Part shown: one piece after another, positions 19,874-30,540 of the stretch
Layout of the letters: each line of letters opens with the position of its first letter
Numbering within the stretch: the stretch's first letter is position 1
From: Promethearchaeota archaeon
GTDB lineage: Archaea > Asgardarchaeota > Lokiarchaeia > Sigyniarchaeales > SOKP01
DNA length: 64,000 bases
Assembly: GCA_048940445.1 (NCBI GenBank)
Contig: JBHLON010000015.1
Location: 9,837-73,836, forward strand
Direction: 5' to 3'
Notes under the pieces: generated by a model
What the model was told of the DNA's origin: nothing
Databases searched by the model: none
The model's input: only the letters and a program-made list of their open reading frames with translations
Position numbers and translations under genes: made by a program

Positions 19874-20791
19874 TTAAATTTCCGATTTTGATCTAATCAA
19901 ATCAGAAATTTTTACTTCAGGATGGTGATACTTTTTGTTATATGCTACTATCTCACCATAAATTGCATTATTAGGGCACCATACATAACATGCATAACAT
20001 GTTTCGCAATGATGCTGCCATAAGGGTTTACCATTCACGATTTCTATATTATCAACTGGACAAATTTGAGCACAAATTCCGCAACTATTACACTTATCAT
20101 TGACTTTGAAGCTTTTATCAGCAAGATGGATAAGTTGCTCGAATGAATAATGGATCTTATCTTCTGTTTTTTCCTTAGAAACTTCAGAGACTTCAGCAAG
20201 TTTTTTATAATGCAAACGAAATATGGCTTTAGATAGTGAAATTAATGGTGAAAGCTTAGATGTCTCAAATATTCCTTCCTTCAAATCAGAAATATAAATT
20301 ATTATTTGTTCAAGTTTTTTATTCCATTTCTCATACAATTCTTGCTGTTTATCTGTATCTTTCATGATTGCTTCTTTCGAATCAATTTTTTTATGAAAAA
20401 AAGAACTTTTTATTTTTAATCCTGGTGAATAAGGAACAGACATTTTTACTGTAAATCCTGCAGAAAGCTTTCCACCTTGAGTACTGATTAGATATTTAAA
20501 TTTTTTAATAGTCTTACCTGGTCCTCCTGCATGATTACATATAGCAAATATGTATTTGGGAGTTAGATTTTTAAGTTTTTTTACAAATCGTTGAACAATG
20601 AGAGGAACGCCCCCAAAATCTGCATAATAGACTGGAAAAACAATTCCAACAACATCTGCTTCGATCTCTATATTATGTATTTTTTTTAAAGCCACAATAG
20701 AAGTTAATTTCCCATTCAATTTTTTAGCAACATCTCTCGCTACAACGTAAGAATTTCCCGTTCCTGTGAAATAATAAATATGTGTTTTGAT
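19874..20791 (-). CDS. EFR1-family flavodoxin-ferredoxin fusion
   Basis: VFPVY, CNSCGICAQICP, CETCYACYVWCP; the frame extends 24 codons upstream of the tracked TTG to include KTHIYYFTGTGNS, starting at ATC 20791. Confidence 0.85.
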   Translation of the reverse strand: MKTHIYYFTGTGNSYVVARDVAKKLNGKLTSIVALKKIHNIEIEADVVGIVFPVYYADFGGVPLIVQRFVKKLKNLTPKYIFAICNHAGGPGKTIKKFKYLISTQGGKLSAGFTVKMSVPYSPGLKIKSSFFHKKIDSKEAIMKDTDKQQELYEKWNKKLEQIIIYISDLKEGIFETSKLSPLISLSKAIFRLHYKKLAEVSEVSKEKTEDKIHYSFEQLIHLADKSFKVNDKCNSCGICAQICPVDNIEIVNGKPLWQHHCETCYACYVWCPNNAIYGEIVAYNKKYHHPEVKISDLIRSKSEI

Positions 20792-21159
20792 TTGATAACA
20801 CCTTAATATTAGGAATTTTAATTTTTAATTATATCATAAACATAATTAATCACTCTCTATAAGTTGTTCTCATTTTCTTAAAAATTCTGGAAGCTATTTA
20901 GCCGGTTGCAGTTAGGATACAATTTAAAATACATTATAAATAACAAAATAATAACATGGTCATTATATTGAAATATTTAGAGAAAGAAAAAGTTCTTCAA
21001 AAACAATTAAGCTGAACTCTTTGATAAAAAATAATGAATTGTAAATCATTTTTAATTCCTTTTTCATTTTATATTGTAAAGATGTGGATTTTGATCACTA
21101 GTCTATACACTTTTATAGGCGAAAATTGATTTAAAATAAGCTTAATTTTTTAATTTAGA

Positions 21160-21942
21160 ATGGAACTTTTTGCAATCAAACTGCCACTTATTAAGGAAAA
21201 TGATGATCTACTCAATATCATTATTGATAATGTTAAAAAGCTAAAAGGATCCTTGCATGAAAGGGACATTGTGGTTATAGCTGAGAAGGTTGTGGCAACA
21301 TCTCAAGGAAGAGTGATTAATTTATCAGATGTTAAAAATATCTCAAAAAGAGCTAAAAAACTAGCGAAAGAGTATGATATGGATAGGAGGTTAGTCCAGC
21401 TTATATTAGATGAAGCATCGATGGTTTTAGGAGGTATGAAACACGTAATTTTAACTAAAGTAAACGATTTTTTAATTGCAAACTCAGGAATAGATCAATC
21501 TAATGCGGGACTGGGTAAAGTTGTATTACTACCAACAGATTTATATGATGTTGTGTGGGATTATTGGAAAAGATTGAAAACTGAATTTAATTTAAATAAG
21601 CTTGGGATTATAATAGCAGATTCCCGCGTCCAGCCTTTAAGAAAAGGTACTATAGGTATAGCCATAGCAACTGCGGGATTTGAACCAATTGAGGATTTAC
21701 GAGGAAAACCAGATCTTTTTAATAGACCTTTAGAGATAACAATGAGAGCTATAGCTGATGATCTTGCAAGTGCCGCTCAATTTTTGTTAAGTGAAGCCAA
21801 CAAACAAACACCAGTTGTAATTATTCGAGGAGTAGATATGGATTTTACAGAAAAACCAAAACTAACAATGGAAATGCCTCCAGAAGAATGCCTTTATATG
21901 AATATATTCTCAAAATATCTTCTAAAGAAGAAACAAGATTGA
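21160..21942 (+). CDS. cofE: Coenzyme F420-0:L-glutamate ligase
   Basis: IAEKVVATSQG, ANSGIDQSN, IIADS...PLR, DLRGKPDLFNRPL, ADDLASAA. Confidence 0.92.
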   Translation: MELFAIKLPLIKENDDLLNIIIDNVKKLKGSLHERDIVVIAEKVVATSQGRVINLSDVKNISKRAKKLAKEYDMDRRLVQLILDEASMVLGGMKHVILTKVNDFLIANSGIDQSNAGLGKVVLLPTDLYDVVWDYWKRLKTEFNLNKLGIIIADSRVQPLRKGTIGIAIATAGFEPIEDLRGKPDLFNRPLEITMRAIADDLASAAQFLLSEANKQTPVVIIRGVDMDFTEKPKLTMEMPPEECLYMNIFSKYLLKKKQD

Positions 21943-21975
21943 TTGTATTGAACAATTCTAAAAAATTTAAAAGAA

Positions 21976-22965
21976 TTAGATAATTTTTAAACGTTGAAAT
22001 AAACCAGTAATTAATATAGGTAATGCAATGGTTGCATCACACCACACACTTACATATTTTGATTCTAAGGAATATTTACCCCACGATTTAGATTCACTAA
22101 TAGTACACCCAGAAAGGCCTCCATCATACTCAGTTGCAGTATGTATCCTTACAGAATAATTATATCCTATAGTTTCCATATTATCAATTTGATCCAACAG
22201 TGGAAAGATTTGTTGAGCCCAATTTCGAGGCACTCCTCCTCCAATTATTATAGTTCCATATTCTTCTGCATTTCTAATGATATTGGCAAACTTTAATACA
22301 TCCCCAAAAATATCAAGAGTGAATTTATAACCATCTTTAACAGAATATTTAATCATATCTAATGCAAATTCTGAATCTGAAAATGCTGGAACAAATATAG
22401 GAACATTATATTTCGCAGCTAAAGAAAGAATACATCTTGATCCCATTTTTTCGCCTACTTTTTTAAACAAATCTGAGGGTGTTATTTCAATATTTTTAGA
22501 ATTAAATGAATCATGAATTATGTGTAATAATAAATCTTCTGCTTTTTTATAATTATCCTCGGGTAAAAATACATCATATATTCTATTAATACGTACTTTG
22601 AATAGCTCTTCATCATCTATATTGGTAGTTCCCATATAATGACCAATATCCGATGCTACGTCAACTAAGTCATGTATTACATTTGCTCCAGTACTCACTA
22701 TAGCATCAATAAGGTTATGTTCGATTAAAGCACATATTATTTCACCCATCCCTGCTGGAACCATTGCACCTGAAAGGGTTAAAACAGTTAAAATGTTGTC
22801 GTCAGAGACCATTTTATAAAGTATATCAAGAGCAATTCCTAGATTTCTACCTTGAAATCCACAATTTTTTAAGGAATTTAGTAAATCTTCTATATTTTTT
22901 ACATTATAGACATTAAATGGAGTAATTTTTTTAATTAGGTATTCTTCTAAATGATGCTTATCCAT
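21976..22965 (-). CDS. Deoxyhypusine synthase family protein (possibly homospermidine synthase-like)
   Basis: GFQGRNLG, SGAMVPAG, STGAN, PAFSDSE, DGGLSG, SWGK active-site Lys. Confidence 0.88.
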   Translation of the reverse strand: MDKHHLEEYLIKKITPFNVYNVKNIEDLLNSLKNCGFQGRNLGIALDILYKMVSDDNILTVLTLSGAMVPAGMGEIICALIEHNLIDAIVSTGANVIHDLVDVASDIGHYMGTTNIDDEELFKVRINRIYDVFLPEDNYKKAEDLLLHIIHDSFNSKNIEITPSDLFKKVGEKMGSRCILSLAAKYNVPIFVPAFSDSEFALDMIKYSVKDGYKFTLDIFGDVLKFANIIRNAEEYGTIIIGGGVPRNWAQQIFPLLDQIDNMETIGYNYSVRIHTATEYDGGLSGCTISESKSWGKYSLESKYVSVWCDATIALPILITGLFQRLKII

Positions 22966-23317
22966 AGATTAATAAAAATGCGTTAAATGTTTTAAATAAC
23001 ACTAAAATGTTATATTAGATTAGAAGCCGTAAATATTGTTTTCACTTAATTTTATACTTAAACTTTCAATATTATTTGCATTTTATTCCGGATGTCTATT
23101 TTGTATAAATTTAAAGAAATGAATTGACTCTAAGTAGAAAATTCTAATATATATTAACAAGATATAGCAAGTAATATGAAAGATTCAAACATAGGTAAAC
23201 ATTTTAAATTTTATTTTAATAGTATTTTACATTATTCATATGTTTTAATTAAATTTAAATAATTTTAGTATTTATTATAATAATAATAAATATAAGAATT
23301 AAGATTAAAGCTAAGGT

Positions 23318-23866
23318 ATGTCTCTCGTCCCAAAAAAGGTTTTTTTTGTAAAAGGGAAAGGATTTCACAAGTCGAAGTTAGCAGCATTCGAACAAGCGCT
23401 TAGAGAAGCAGGTATTGAAAAATTCAATTTAGTAAACGTTTCTTCTATCTTACCACCATATTGTATCGAAATAGATCCTAAGGATGGCTTAAAACAACTT
23501 CGTCCGGGTCAGATTGTTTATGCAGTTATTGCCAGAGCAGATTCTAATGAATATAATCGCTTAATATGTGCTTCAATCGGAGTAGCGAAACCTGCTGATG
23601 CTGGCCATTATGGTTATTTAAGTGAACATCATTCTTTTGGGATAAAGCCTGAAAATGTTGGAGATTTTGCCGAGGATTTAGCTGCAGAAATGCTAGCAAC
23701 GACGTTGGGTGTTCCTTTTGATCCAGATGCTAATTATGATGAAAAAAAAGAGGTTTTTAAAATGGAAGGCAAAATTGTAGAGACAAAAAGTATCACCGAT
23801 TCTGCTACTGTTCGAAATGAAAACGAATGGGCTTCAGTAATCGCTGCTGCGATTTTTATAATATAG
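23318..23866 (+). CDS. pdaD: Pyruvoyl-dependent arginine decarboxylase
   Basis: FEQALREAGI, NLVNVSSILPP (Ser-Ser autocleavage site), GYLSEH. Confidence 0.92.
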   Translation: MSLVPKKVFFVKGKGFHKSKLAAFEQALREAGIEKFNLVNVSSILPPYCIEIDPKDGLKQLRPGQIVYAVIARADSNEYNRLICASIGVAKPADAGHYGYLSEHHSFGIKPENVGDFAEDLAAEMLATTLGVPFDPDANYDEKKEVFKMEGKIVETKSITDSATVRNENEWASVIAAAIFII

Positions 23867-24016
23867 TCTTTGTTTTTAATTTTTCACTTTTTTATCTGTT
23901 TTTAAAGTTTTTCTAAAATAAGGTATTTTATGGCATAATTTACTGTTTTTAGTGAAATTTTTTAGAAATACTATATTTTCATATATATCAACTAACTGAA
24001 TCGTTAAGTTTTTAAG

Positions 24017-25318
24017 ATGACTGAATTAAAATATATCACGATTGAGGAAGCTCTAAAAAAAGATTCTGGAGAGGTAAACCTTAGGGGGTGGGTATATAGA
24101 CACAGAGCATCAAATAAGTTTGTCTTTATAGTCTTAAGGGATGAATCCGATATTATACAATGTGTCATTTCTAAGAGTAAAAAACATGAAATATTTGAAG
24201 AAGCTGAGAAATTAACAATTGAATCTTCTGTAGAAATTTCAGGTGAAATAAAAAAGGATGAAAGAGCACCTACAGGTTATGAGGTTACTGTATCTAGGCT
24301 AAAAATTATTCAAGTTGCTGAACCATTCCCAATTACAGAACATCAATCTCCTGAACTTTTATATGATAATCGGCATTTATGGTTAAGATCCAGAAAATTA
24401 ACTGCAGTTCTAAAAATAAGGCACACTATTGTTGGAGCGATACATGAATTTTTTAGAAGTCACGGTTATTATGAATTTGATGCCCCAATATTCCAACCTA
24501 CTCAATCTGAGGGAGGAGCTACTTTATTTGAAGTGAAATATTTTGAAGATAAGATTTATCTTAGTCAAACGTGGCAATTATATGCTGAAGCAGGTATCTT
24601 TTCACTAGGCAAAATTTACAACATGGGACCCACATTTAGAGCTGAAAGATCAAAGACTTCACGACACTTAGCTGAATTTTGGATGGCTGAAATGGAAGCT
24701 GCTTGGATGAAATTAGAAGAAATTACAGAAGTAGCTAAATCTGAAATTAGATTTATTCTTCAAAAAGTTTTAGAAAGCAACGAGAAAGAACTTGAAGTAT
24801 TAGAAAGAGATATTGAATTATTGAAACATTATGCCAAAGCAGAATATCCCACAATAAAATATGCAGAAGCATTGGAAATACTTCAACAGAAATATAAAAT
24901 GGACGTACCATGGGGTAAAGATTTAAGAACAATTGAAGAAGCTAAAATTGCTGACCATTTTAAAGTACCCGTAGTGGTGACTCATTATCCCACAGAAATT
25001 ATGGGCTTTTACAAACCACCAAGTAAGGAAAATCCCAAAGAAGCATTATGCTTTGATATGCTAGCCCCTGAGGGATACTGTGAAATCATAGGTGGTTCAG
25101 AAAGAAGTTTATTAGTAGAAGATATGATGAAGAGATTAAAAGCACAAGGAGAAGACCCAAAAAATTATGAATGGTATTTCGAATTGAGAAAATATGGAAG
25201 CGTTCCTCATTCTGGTTATGGATTAGGTGTAGAAAGAGTAGTATCTTGGATCTGTGGATTGGATAATATTAAAGATGCCATTCCATTTCCCAGAACAATG
25301 GTTAGAAAGACGCCTTAA
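24017..25318 (+). CDS. asnS: Asparagine--tRNA ligase
   Basis: RHLWLR, YLSQTWQLYAEA, FRAERSKTSRHLAEFW, YGSVPHSGYGLGVER. Confidence 0.92.
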   Translation: MTELKYITIEEALKKDSGEVNLRGWVYRHRASNKFVFIVLRDESDIIQCVISKSKKHEIFEEAEKLTIESSVEISGEIKKDERAPTGYEVTVSRLKIIQVAEPFPITEHQSPELLYDNRHLWLRSRKLTAVLKIRHTIVGAIHEFFRSHGYYEFDAPIFQPTQSEGGATLFEVKYFEDKIYLSQTWQLYAEAGIFSLGKIYNMGPTFRAERSKTSRHLAEFWMAEMEAAWMKLEEITEVAKSEIRFILQKVLESNEKELEVLERDIELLKHYAKAEYPTIKYAEALEILQQKYKMDVPWGKDLRTIEEAKIADHFKVPVVVTHYPTEIMGFYKPPSKENPKEALCFDMLAPEGYCEIIGGSERSLLVEDMMKRLKAQGEDPKNYEWYFELRKYGSVPHSGYGLGVERVVSWICGLDNIKDAIPFPRTMVRKTP

Positions 25319-25453
25319 CAATTAGAATTTATCAAATTTAAATTCTTTCTAACTACTTTCAATCAAATTTTTTAGAAATCCAGAACTATTATCGATGAAT
25401 TACATAATATTGGCTATAATTTTGTAGTTTACATGAAAGGAAGGTTGTACTAA

Positions 25454-26923
25454 ATGCAACTCACTAATCTTATGGGATATGAAATAATCGAAAAAATAAA
25501 AAAAAGAGAAATTACAGTTCGAGATGTAATTAGTGAAACCTTTCAAAGAATAGAAAAATATGATCATCTCCTTCATTCTTTTGTAAATCTTTCACAAGAA
25601 AAAGCATTCGCAAAAGCAAAAGAATATGATGTTAAAATTCAGAATGGTGAAAAGGTTGGAAGCTTATGTGGATTACCTTTAGCAAATAAAGATTTAATAT
25701 GTGTTAAAAACTTTCCTACAACCTGTTGTTCAAAGATTTTAAAAGATTATTATCCACCTTATAATGCTTATGTAATAAACCGCCTGTTGGAACAAGAAGG
25801 AGCAATTCATTTAGGTAACACAAATATGGACGAGTTTGCCATGGGAAGTTCAACAGAGAACAGTTGCTATGGTCCTACATATAACCCTTGGGATTTAGAA
25901 AGAGTTCCAGGAGGCTCAAGTGGAGGATCAGCTGCTTCTATATCAGCAGGATTATCCATCATAGCTTTAGGAAGTGATACTGGAGGGAGTATCAGGTGCC
26001 CAGCATCTTTTTGCGGTGTAGTTGGATTAAAACCTACTTATGGCAGAGTTTCACGTTATGGATTAATTGCTTTTGCAAATTCATTAGATCAAATTGGTCC
26101 AATAACAAAATGTGTTTATGACTCTGCTTTATTACTTGAAATCATCTCTGGCAAAGATATGTTTGATTCAACTTCAGTAAATGTAAAGATTGATAAATAC
26201 ACAAATGAAATTGAGAAACCATTATACAAAATGCAAATTGGAGTCCCAGAAGAATTTTTTGGTGAGGGAGTTACTCCTCAAGTAAAAAAATCTGTTAACA
26301 AATCAATTGAGAAACTTGAAAATTTAGGAGTCACTATTAATGAAATGACAATTCCACATCTAGAATATACTGTTGCGACTTATTATTTACTCTGTATGAG
26401 TGAAGCAAGCTCAAATTTAGCTCGATTTGACGGATTAAGATATGGGAAAATGAGTTCAGATTTATCTGGCGATGTATTTGATGTCTATGCAAGAACAAGA
26501 GCAAAAAATTTTGGGAATGAAGTAAGAAGGAGGATTTTTTTAGGAACCTACGCCTTATCTGCAGGATATTACGATCAATATTATTTAAAAGCTCTTAAAA
26601 TTAGAAGTTTAATTAAAAATGATTTTCAAAAAGCTTTCAAAAAATATGACGCAATTGTATGCCCGACAATGCCTCGTACTGCTTTTAAGATTGGAGAATT
26701 AATAAATGATCCAGTTCAGATGTACATCACAGATATTTTAACGTGTCCAGTTAATCTAGCAGGTCTACCTGCTCTTTCAATCCCCTGTGGTTTTGATAAT
26801 CTTGGATTACCAATTGGTTTTCAAATAATTGGAAATTATTTTGATGAAAAAAGAATTCTTAATATTGGATATCAATTAGAGCAAGAATTAAACATTTTCA
26901 GGAAAATGCCGTCCTTGAATTAA
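25454..26923 (+). CDS. gatA: Asp/Glu-tRNA amidotransferase subunit A
   Basis: Amidase signature NMDEFAMGSS, PGGSSGGS, GSDTGGSIR, SSNLARFDG, EVRRRI.LG. Confidence 0.95.
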   Translation: MQLTNLMGYEIIEKIKKREITVRDVISETFQRIEKYDHLLHSFVNLSQEKAFAKAKEYDVKIQNGEKVGSLCGLPLANKDLICVKNFPTTCCSKILKDYYPPYNAYVINRLLEQEGAIHLGNTNMDEFAMGSSTENSCYGPTYNPWDLERVPGGSSGGSAASISAGLSIIALGSDTGGSIRCPASFCGVVGLKPTYGRVSRYGLIAFANSLDQIGPITKCVYDSALLLEIISGKDMFDSTSVNVKIDKYTNEIEKPLYKMQIGVPEEFFGEGVTPQVKKSVNKSIEKLENLGVTINEMTIPHLEYTVATYYLLCMSEASSNLARFDGLRYGKMSSDLSGDVFDVYARTRAKNFGNEVRRRIFLGTYALSAGYYDQYYLKALKIRSLIKNDFQKAFKKYDAIVCPTMPRTAFKIGELINDPVQMYITDILTCPVNLAGLPALSIPCGFDNLGLPIGFQIIGNYFDEKRILNIGYQLEQELNIFRKMPSLN

Positions 26924-26937
26924 GAGTGTGAATTAAA

Positions 26938-28380
26938 GTGAACAATGAAAATTCAGGAATTATCATTGGTTTAGAAGTCCATATTCAATTAACCAATTTA
27001 AAAACTAAACTTTTCTGCAGTTGTAATAGTGATTATCGAGACGCTACACCTAATACCCATTTATGCCCAATTTGCATTGGTCTACCAGGTTCCTTACCAG
27101 TGTTAAATGAAAGAGCAATCGAATACGCAACAAGACTTGCTATAGCTCTCAACTGTCAAATCAATGATTTCATGTACTTCTTTCGTAAAAATTATTTTTA
27201 TCCAGACCTCCCCAAAGGATTTCAGATATCTCAATATAATAAGGCAGGAGGTAAAGCATTTGCAAATGGGGGAACGGTAGCTATTAAAATTAATTCAGAT
27301 AAAAAGACTATTCTACTTAATAGAATTCATTTGGAAGAAGATCCAGCAAGATTAGTTCATAAGGGATCTATAAGGACTTCCCCTTATACATTAGTGGACT
27401 ATAATCGTTCTGGAATAGCGTTAATAGAGATTGTTACAGAACCAGTATTAAATTCACCAGCTGAGGCAAGAGAGTTCTTAAATCAACTTAAATTGATCGT
27501 GCAATATACAGGAATCTCTAATTTGAATTTGGAAGGTTCTTTAAGAGTAGATGCAAATATTTCAATTAAAGGACATGCAAGAGCTGAGGTAAAAAACATT
27601 TCTAGTTTTAAGGAAGTTGAAAGTGCTTTATTATATGAAATCATGCGCCAAAAAAATGAATTAAAAAAAGGAAAAGAGATTCTTCAGGAAACAAGGCACT
27701 GGGATGGAAGAGTCACAATTGCCTTAAGGACAAAAGAATTTGAAAAAGATTATAGATATTTTCCAGAACAAGATTTAGTTCCTATCATAATCGATAAAGA
27801 ATTCATCAATTCGATAAAAGAGAGAATGCCAGAAATGCCATATGATAGAGTTTCTCGTTTCCAAAGACAATATATGCTTTCTGAGTTTGATGCTGAAAAT
27901 CTAATTCTTGATAAAGAGATTGCTGATTTTTATGAAAATGGTGTTAACTCGGATCCAACCTTCGGTCCAGATGAGTTTAAATTATATTGCAACTGGCTAA
28001 TGAATGATATTGTTGGCTGGTTAAATGAAAATAATGTAAGGATCGTAGACACACAATTAAAGCCACATCATATCGTTGATTTAATTTTAAATATTAGGAA
28101 AGGGAATATTACGACCAAGATTGCAAAGACACTCATCTCGGATATGATGAAAGGAAAAACTATTTCAAAAATTATAGAAGATAAAGGCAAGAAACGAATC
28201 TCAGATGAAAATATCTTGAAAGAATATTGTATAGAAGTGATTCAAGAAAATCCAACAATTATCAAGGACTTAGCAAAAAATGAAAAAGCATTTGAAGCAC
28301 TAGTAGGTAGAGTAATGGGAAAGACAAAAGGTCAAGCAGATCCCAAAATCACAAGAAAAATTTTAAATAGGTTACTATAA
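26938..28380 (+). CDS. gatB: Asp/Glu-tRNA amidotransferase subunit B
   Basis: IGLEVHIQL, RKNYFYPDLPKGFQISQ, HLEED, EIVTEP, DYRYFPE. Confidence 0.95.
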   Translation: MNNENSGIIIGLEVHIQLTNLKTKLFCSCNSDYRDATPNTHLCPICIGLPGSLPVLNERAIEYATRLAIALNCQINDFMYFFRKNYFYPDLPKGFQISQYNKAGGKAFANGGTVAIKINSDKKTILLNRIHLEEDPARLVHKGSIRTSPYTLVDYNRSGIALIEIVTEPVLNSPAEAREFLNQLKLIVQYTGISNLNLEGSLRVDANISIKGHARAEVKNISSFKEVESALLYEIMRQKNELKKGKEILQETRHWDGRVTIALRTKEFEKDYRYFPEQDLVPIIIDKEFINSIKERMPEMPYDRVSRFQRQYMLSEFDAENLILDKEIADFYENGVNSDPTFGPDEFKLYCNWLMNDIVGWLNENNVRIVDTQLKPHHIVDLILNIRKGNITTKIAKTLISDMMKGKTISKIIEDKGKKRISDENILKEYCIEVIQENPTIIKDLAKNEKAFEALVGRVMGKTKGQADPKITRKILNRLL

Positions 28381-28414
28381 TATTTTTGAGAAAAAAAGAG
28401 AATTAGATTATAAT

Positions 28415-28768
28415 CTAAAGTAAAGTCTTAAGCGTTTCTACTGCAGCACTTAATTTCAAATTAATTATCCCTAATTGAGCTTCTACGGTTGTTATTATAC
28501 ACAAGATATTACCACCGACTTCAGAAAAAAGAATCCTTCCTTTTTCACTTTCTATAATCGCATTAAAAAATTGTCCTTGTTCTAATTCTTTTGTAGCTCT
28601 TTGAGATGCCTTCAGAATAAGTGTTACCATAGCTGCAACAGCTTCTGGATCCACCCATCCTGGTAATGCACTACCTTTAATCAACCCAAACTTTTCAATA
28701 AGGGCAGCTCCATGAACACCTTTGATTGATTTAAGACTTTCAAGAATTTCTCCTATTCTATCGCTCAT
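28415..28768 (-). CDS. Roadblock/LC7 (MglB-like) protein
   Basis: LKSIKGVHGAALI..FGLI, VAAM, ELEQG, AQLGII pattern; 117 aa. Confidence 0.88.
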   Translation of the reverse strand: MSDRIGEILESLKSIKGVHGAALIEKFGLIKGSALPGWVDPEAVAAMVTLILKASQRATKELEQGQFFNAIIESEKGRILFSEVGGNILCIITTVEAQLGIINLKLSAAVETLKTLL

Positions 28769-28919
28769 TTAACTCATCTTTTCTACTTTTTCTATCTACT
28801 TACTTTTTTATAAATTAAATATATAATTCAATAATTAATCTTATGATAATATATAAGATATCTAAGATTTAAAAATATTTAACAATCAGATTACTATCCT
28901 CCAAAAACAAGGCTAAACT

Positions 28920-30074
28920 GTGAGATTTATGGTCAATATTATTTATCGCTATTATAGAAAAGGAGATGAGGAACAACTCGCAGAATTATTTAATAAAGCA
29001 TTTCAAATGAATGGTTTTAGTTTTGTTAGGACGAAGAAGAACTGGAAATGGAGATATTTACAGTCACCTGACTTTGAACCAGAAATGATCCAAATTGCTG
29101 AAGATATCGATAATCATAAGATTGTTGGAATGGTCTGTGTAAATCCAATAGAAAAAATTAATATAAATGGGGTAGACTATTTAAATGGAAATATTAATGA
29201 TGTTTCTTGCCATCCAGATTATATAAAACAAGGTATATCTACAAGTCTTATGCAAAGATCAATAGAATATATGCGACAAAAAGGATGTGATATTTCTCTT
29301 TTGATTACAGATTTTAGTGGTTTTCCAAGAAAAAGGTTGTATTCAAAACTTGGGTATCAAGATTTCGATATTTCTAATAGTTATATTAGTTTCCCAAACT
29401 TTTACCAATTATTCAGAGATATGCCTTTAATTATCTTTCTTTTACCAAGTTTAATTCTTTTTTCAAGTATACCTCGCTTGATTAAGAAATTTTTTATTAG
29501 TTTAAATTCCTATAATAAAGTTTTTAGTCATATAATTGAATATGATAGTCATCACTTCAAATATTTAGAATTTTCTGATAAGATTTTAAAACAATATTAT
29601 ACAGGCTATCCAATTACTAGGAAAGGATATCCTATATGGGCAAGGATTAAAGTTCCATCGAAAAGATATAAACCAACGTATATTCTAATTAAGAAAAAGA
29701 ATAGAATTGTTGGGGGTGCTATTTTGACCCATGTTAATTTATATCATTTCAAATATGGGCTAAAATTACGAATTGGAATAATTCATGAACTTTTTCTAAA
29801 TCCCAGCCAATTAAATAATAAAAAAGAACTATCCTTTGCTCATGACTATCTAATCGACAAAATCTTGAAGGCTGCAACTTATAGATCAGTTGGATTATTA
29901 TTAATCAATCCCAATAGTGATAATTTTCTATTAAAGAAAAGCTTGAAAGAATACAATTTCTTTAAATTCCAAGATTTGAGCCTTATGATATTGAAATTGA
30001 AAACTAATTTGGCACTTTCTAAACCTAAGAAATTTTTTTTCATACCCACGTATTTATCCTTAGGTTTTCCTTAA
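28920..30074 (+). CDS. GNAT-family N-acetyltransferase (likely tandem GNAT)
   Basis: DVSCHPDYIKQGIST acetyl-CoA motif, LYSKLGY; likely start ATG 28929. Confidence 0.8.
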   Translation: MRFMVNIIYRYYRKGDEEQLAELFNKAFQMNGFSFVRTKKNWKWRYLQSPDFEPEMIQIAEDIDNHKIVGMVCVNPIEKININGVDYLNGNINDVSCHPDYIKQGISTSLMQRSIEYMRQKGCDISLLITDFSGFPRKRLYSKLGYQDFDISNSYISFPNFYQLFRDMPLIIFLLPSLILFSSIPRLIKKFFISLNSYNKVFSHIIEYDSHHFKYLEFSDKILKQYYTGYPITRKGYPIWARIKVPSKRYKPTYILIKKKNRIVGGAILTHVNLYHFKYGLKLRIGIIHELFLNPSQLNNKKELSFAHDYLIDKILKAATYRSVGLLLINPNSDNFLLKKSLKEYNFFKFQDLSLMILKLKTNLALSKPKKFFFIPTYLSLGFP

Positions 30075-30210
30075 GAATTCTTCAAATTCATGCTAAATTT
30101 CTTAATAATAATAAATGAGAATTATTAAGAATCTTTTAAATTGAAAATTGGAGTTTTTTATAGTTCGTTTAACCTTGAATAGTAGGGAACAATGAAAAGA
30201 TGATTTATAA

Positions 30211-30495
30211 ATGAGTAAAATTACTAAATGGAAATATAATGACATTTATGAAAGTCAGTTGCGGAGAGAAAAATTAGTCGATCTCCTCCTAAGTGAAATT
30301 ATTTTCATTAAAAAAGAAATTAAAAAATATAATATAAAAGACGAGAAGAATAAAGTTAAAAAAGCCTTGAAAAAACTTGAGTATCTCTTAAATCTCTTGA
30401 AAGATAATGATAATAACTTGTCAGATTCAGATTTTCATAAGATAATTTTATTTATTCGTGGGATATTTAAGGATATCGTCGATAATATAGAATAA
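30211..30495 (+). CDS. Hypothetical helical protein
   Basis: 94-aa ORF with no recognisable motif. Confidence 0.5.
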   Translation: MSKITKWKYNDIYESQLRREKLVDLLLSEIIFIKKEIKKYNIKDEKNKVKKALKKLEYLLNLLKDNDNNLSDSDFHKIILFIRGIFKDIVDNIE

Positions 30496-30540
30496 TTTTC
30501 TTTTAAAAGAAAAATAAAAAATTGATAATTTGAATTAATA

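Noticed and set aside
20870-21030. Possible pseudogene remnant between the EFR1 gene and cofE
   Set aside because: Only short stop-interrupted frames with no recognisable motif
24017-25318. Non-discriminating AspRS, suggested by the adjacent gatAB
   Set aside because: Motifs QLYAEA, HLAEFW and GSVPHSG are AsnRS-type, not AspRS-type (QSPQLYKQ, GMPPHGG)
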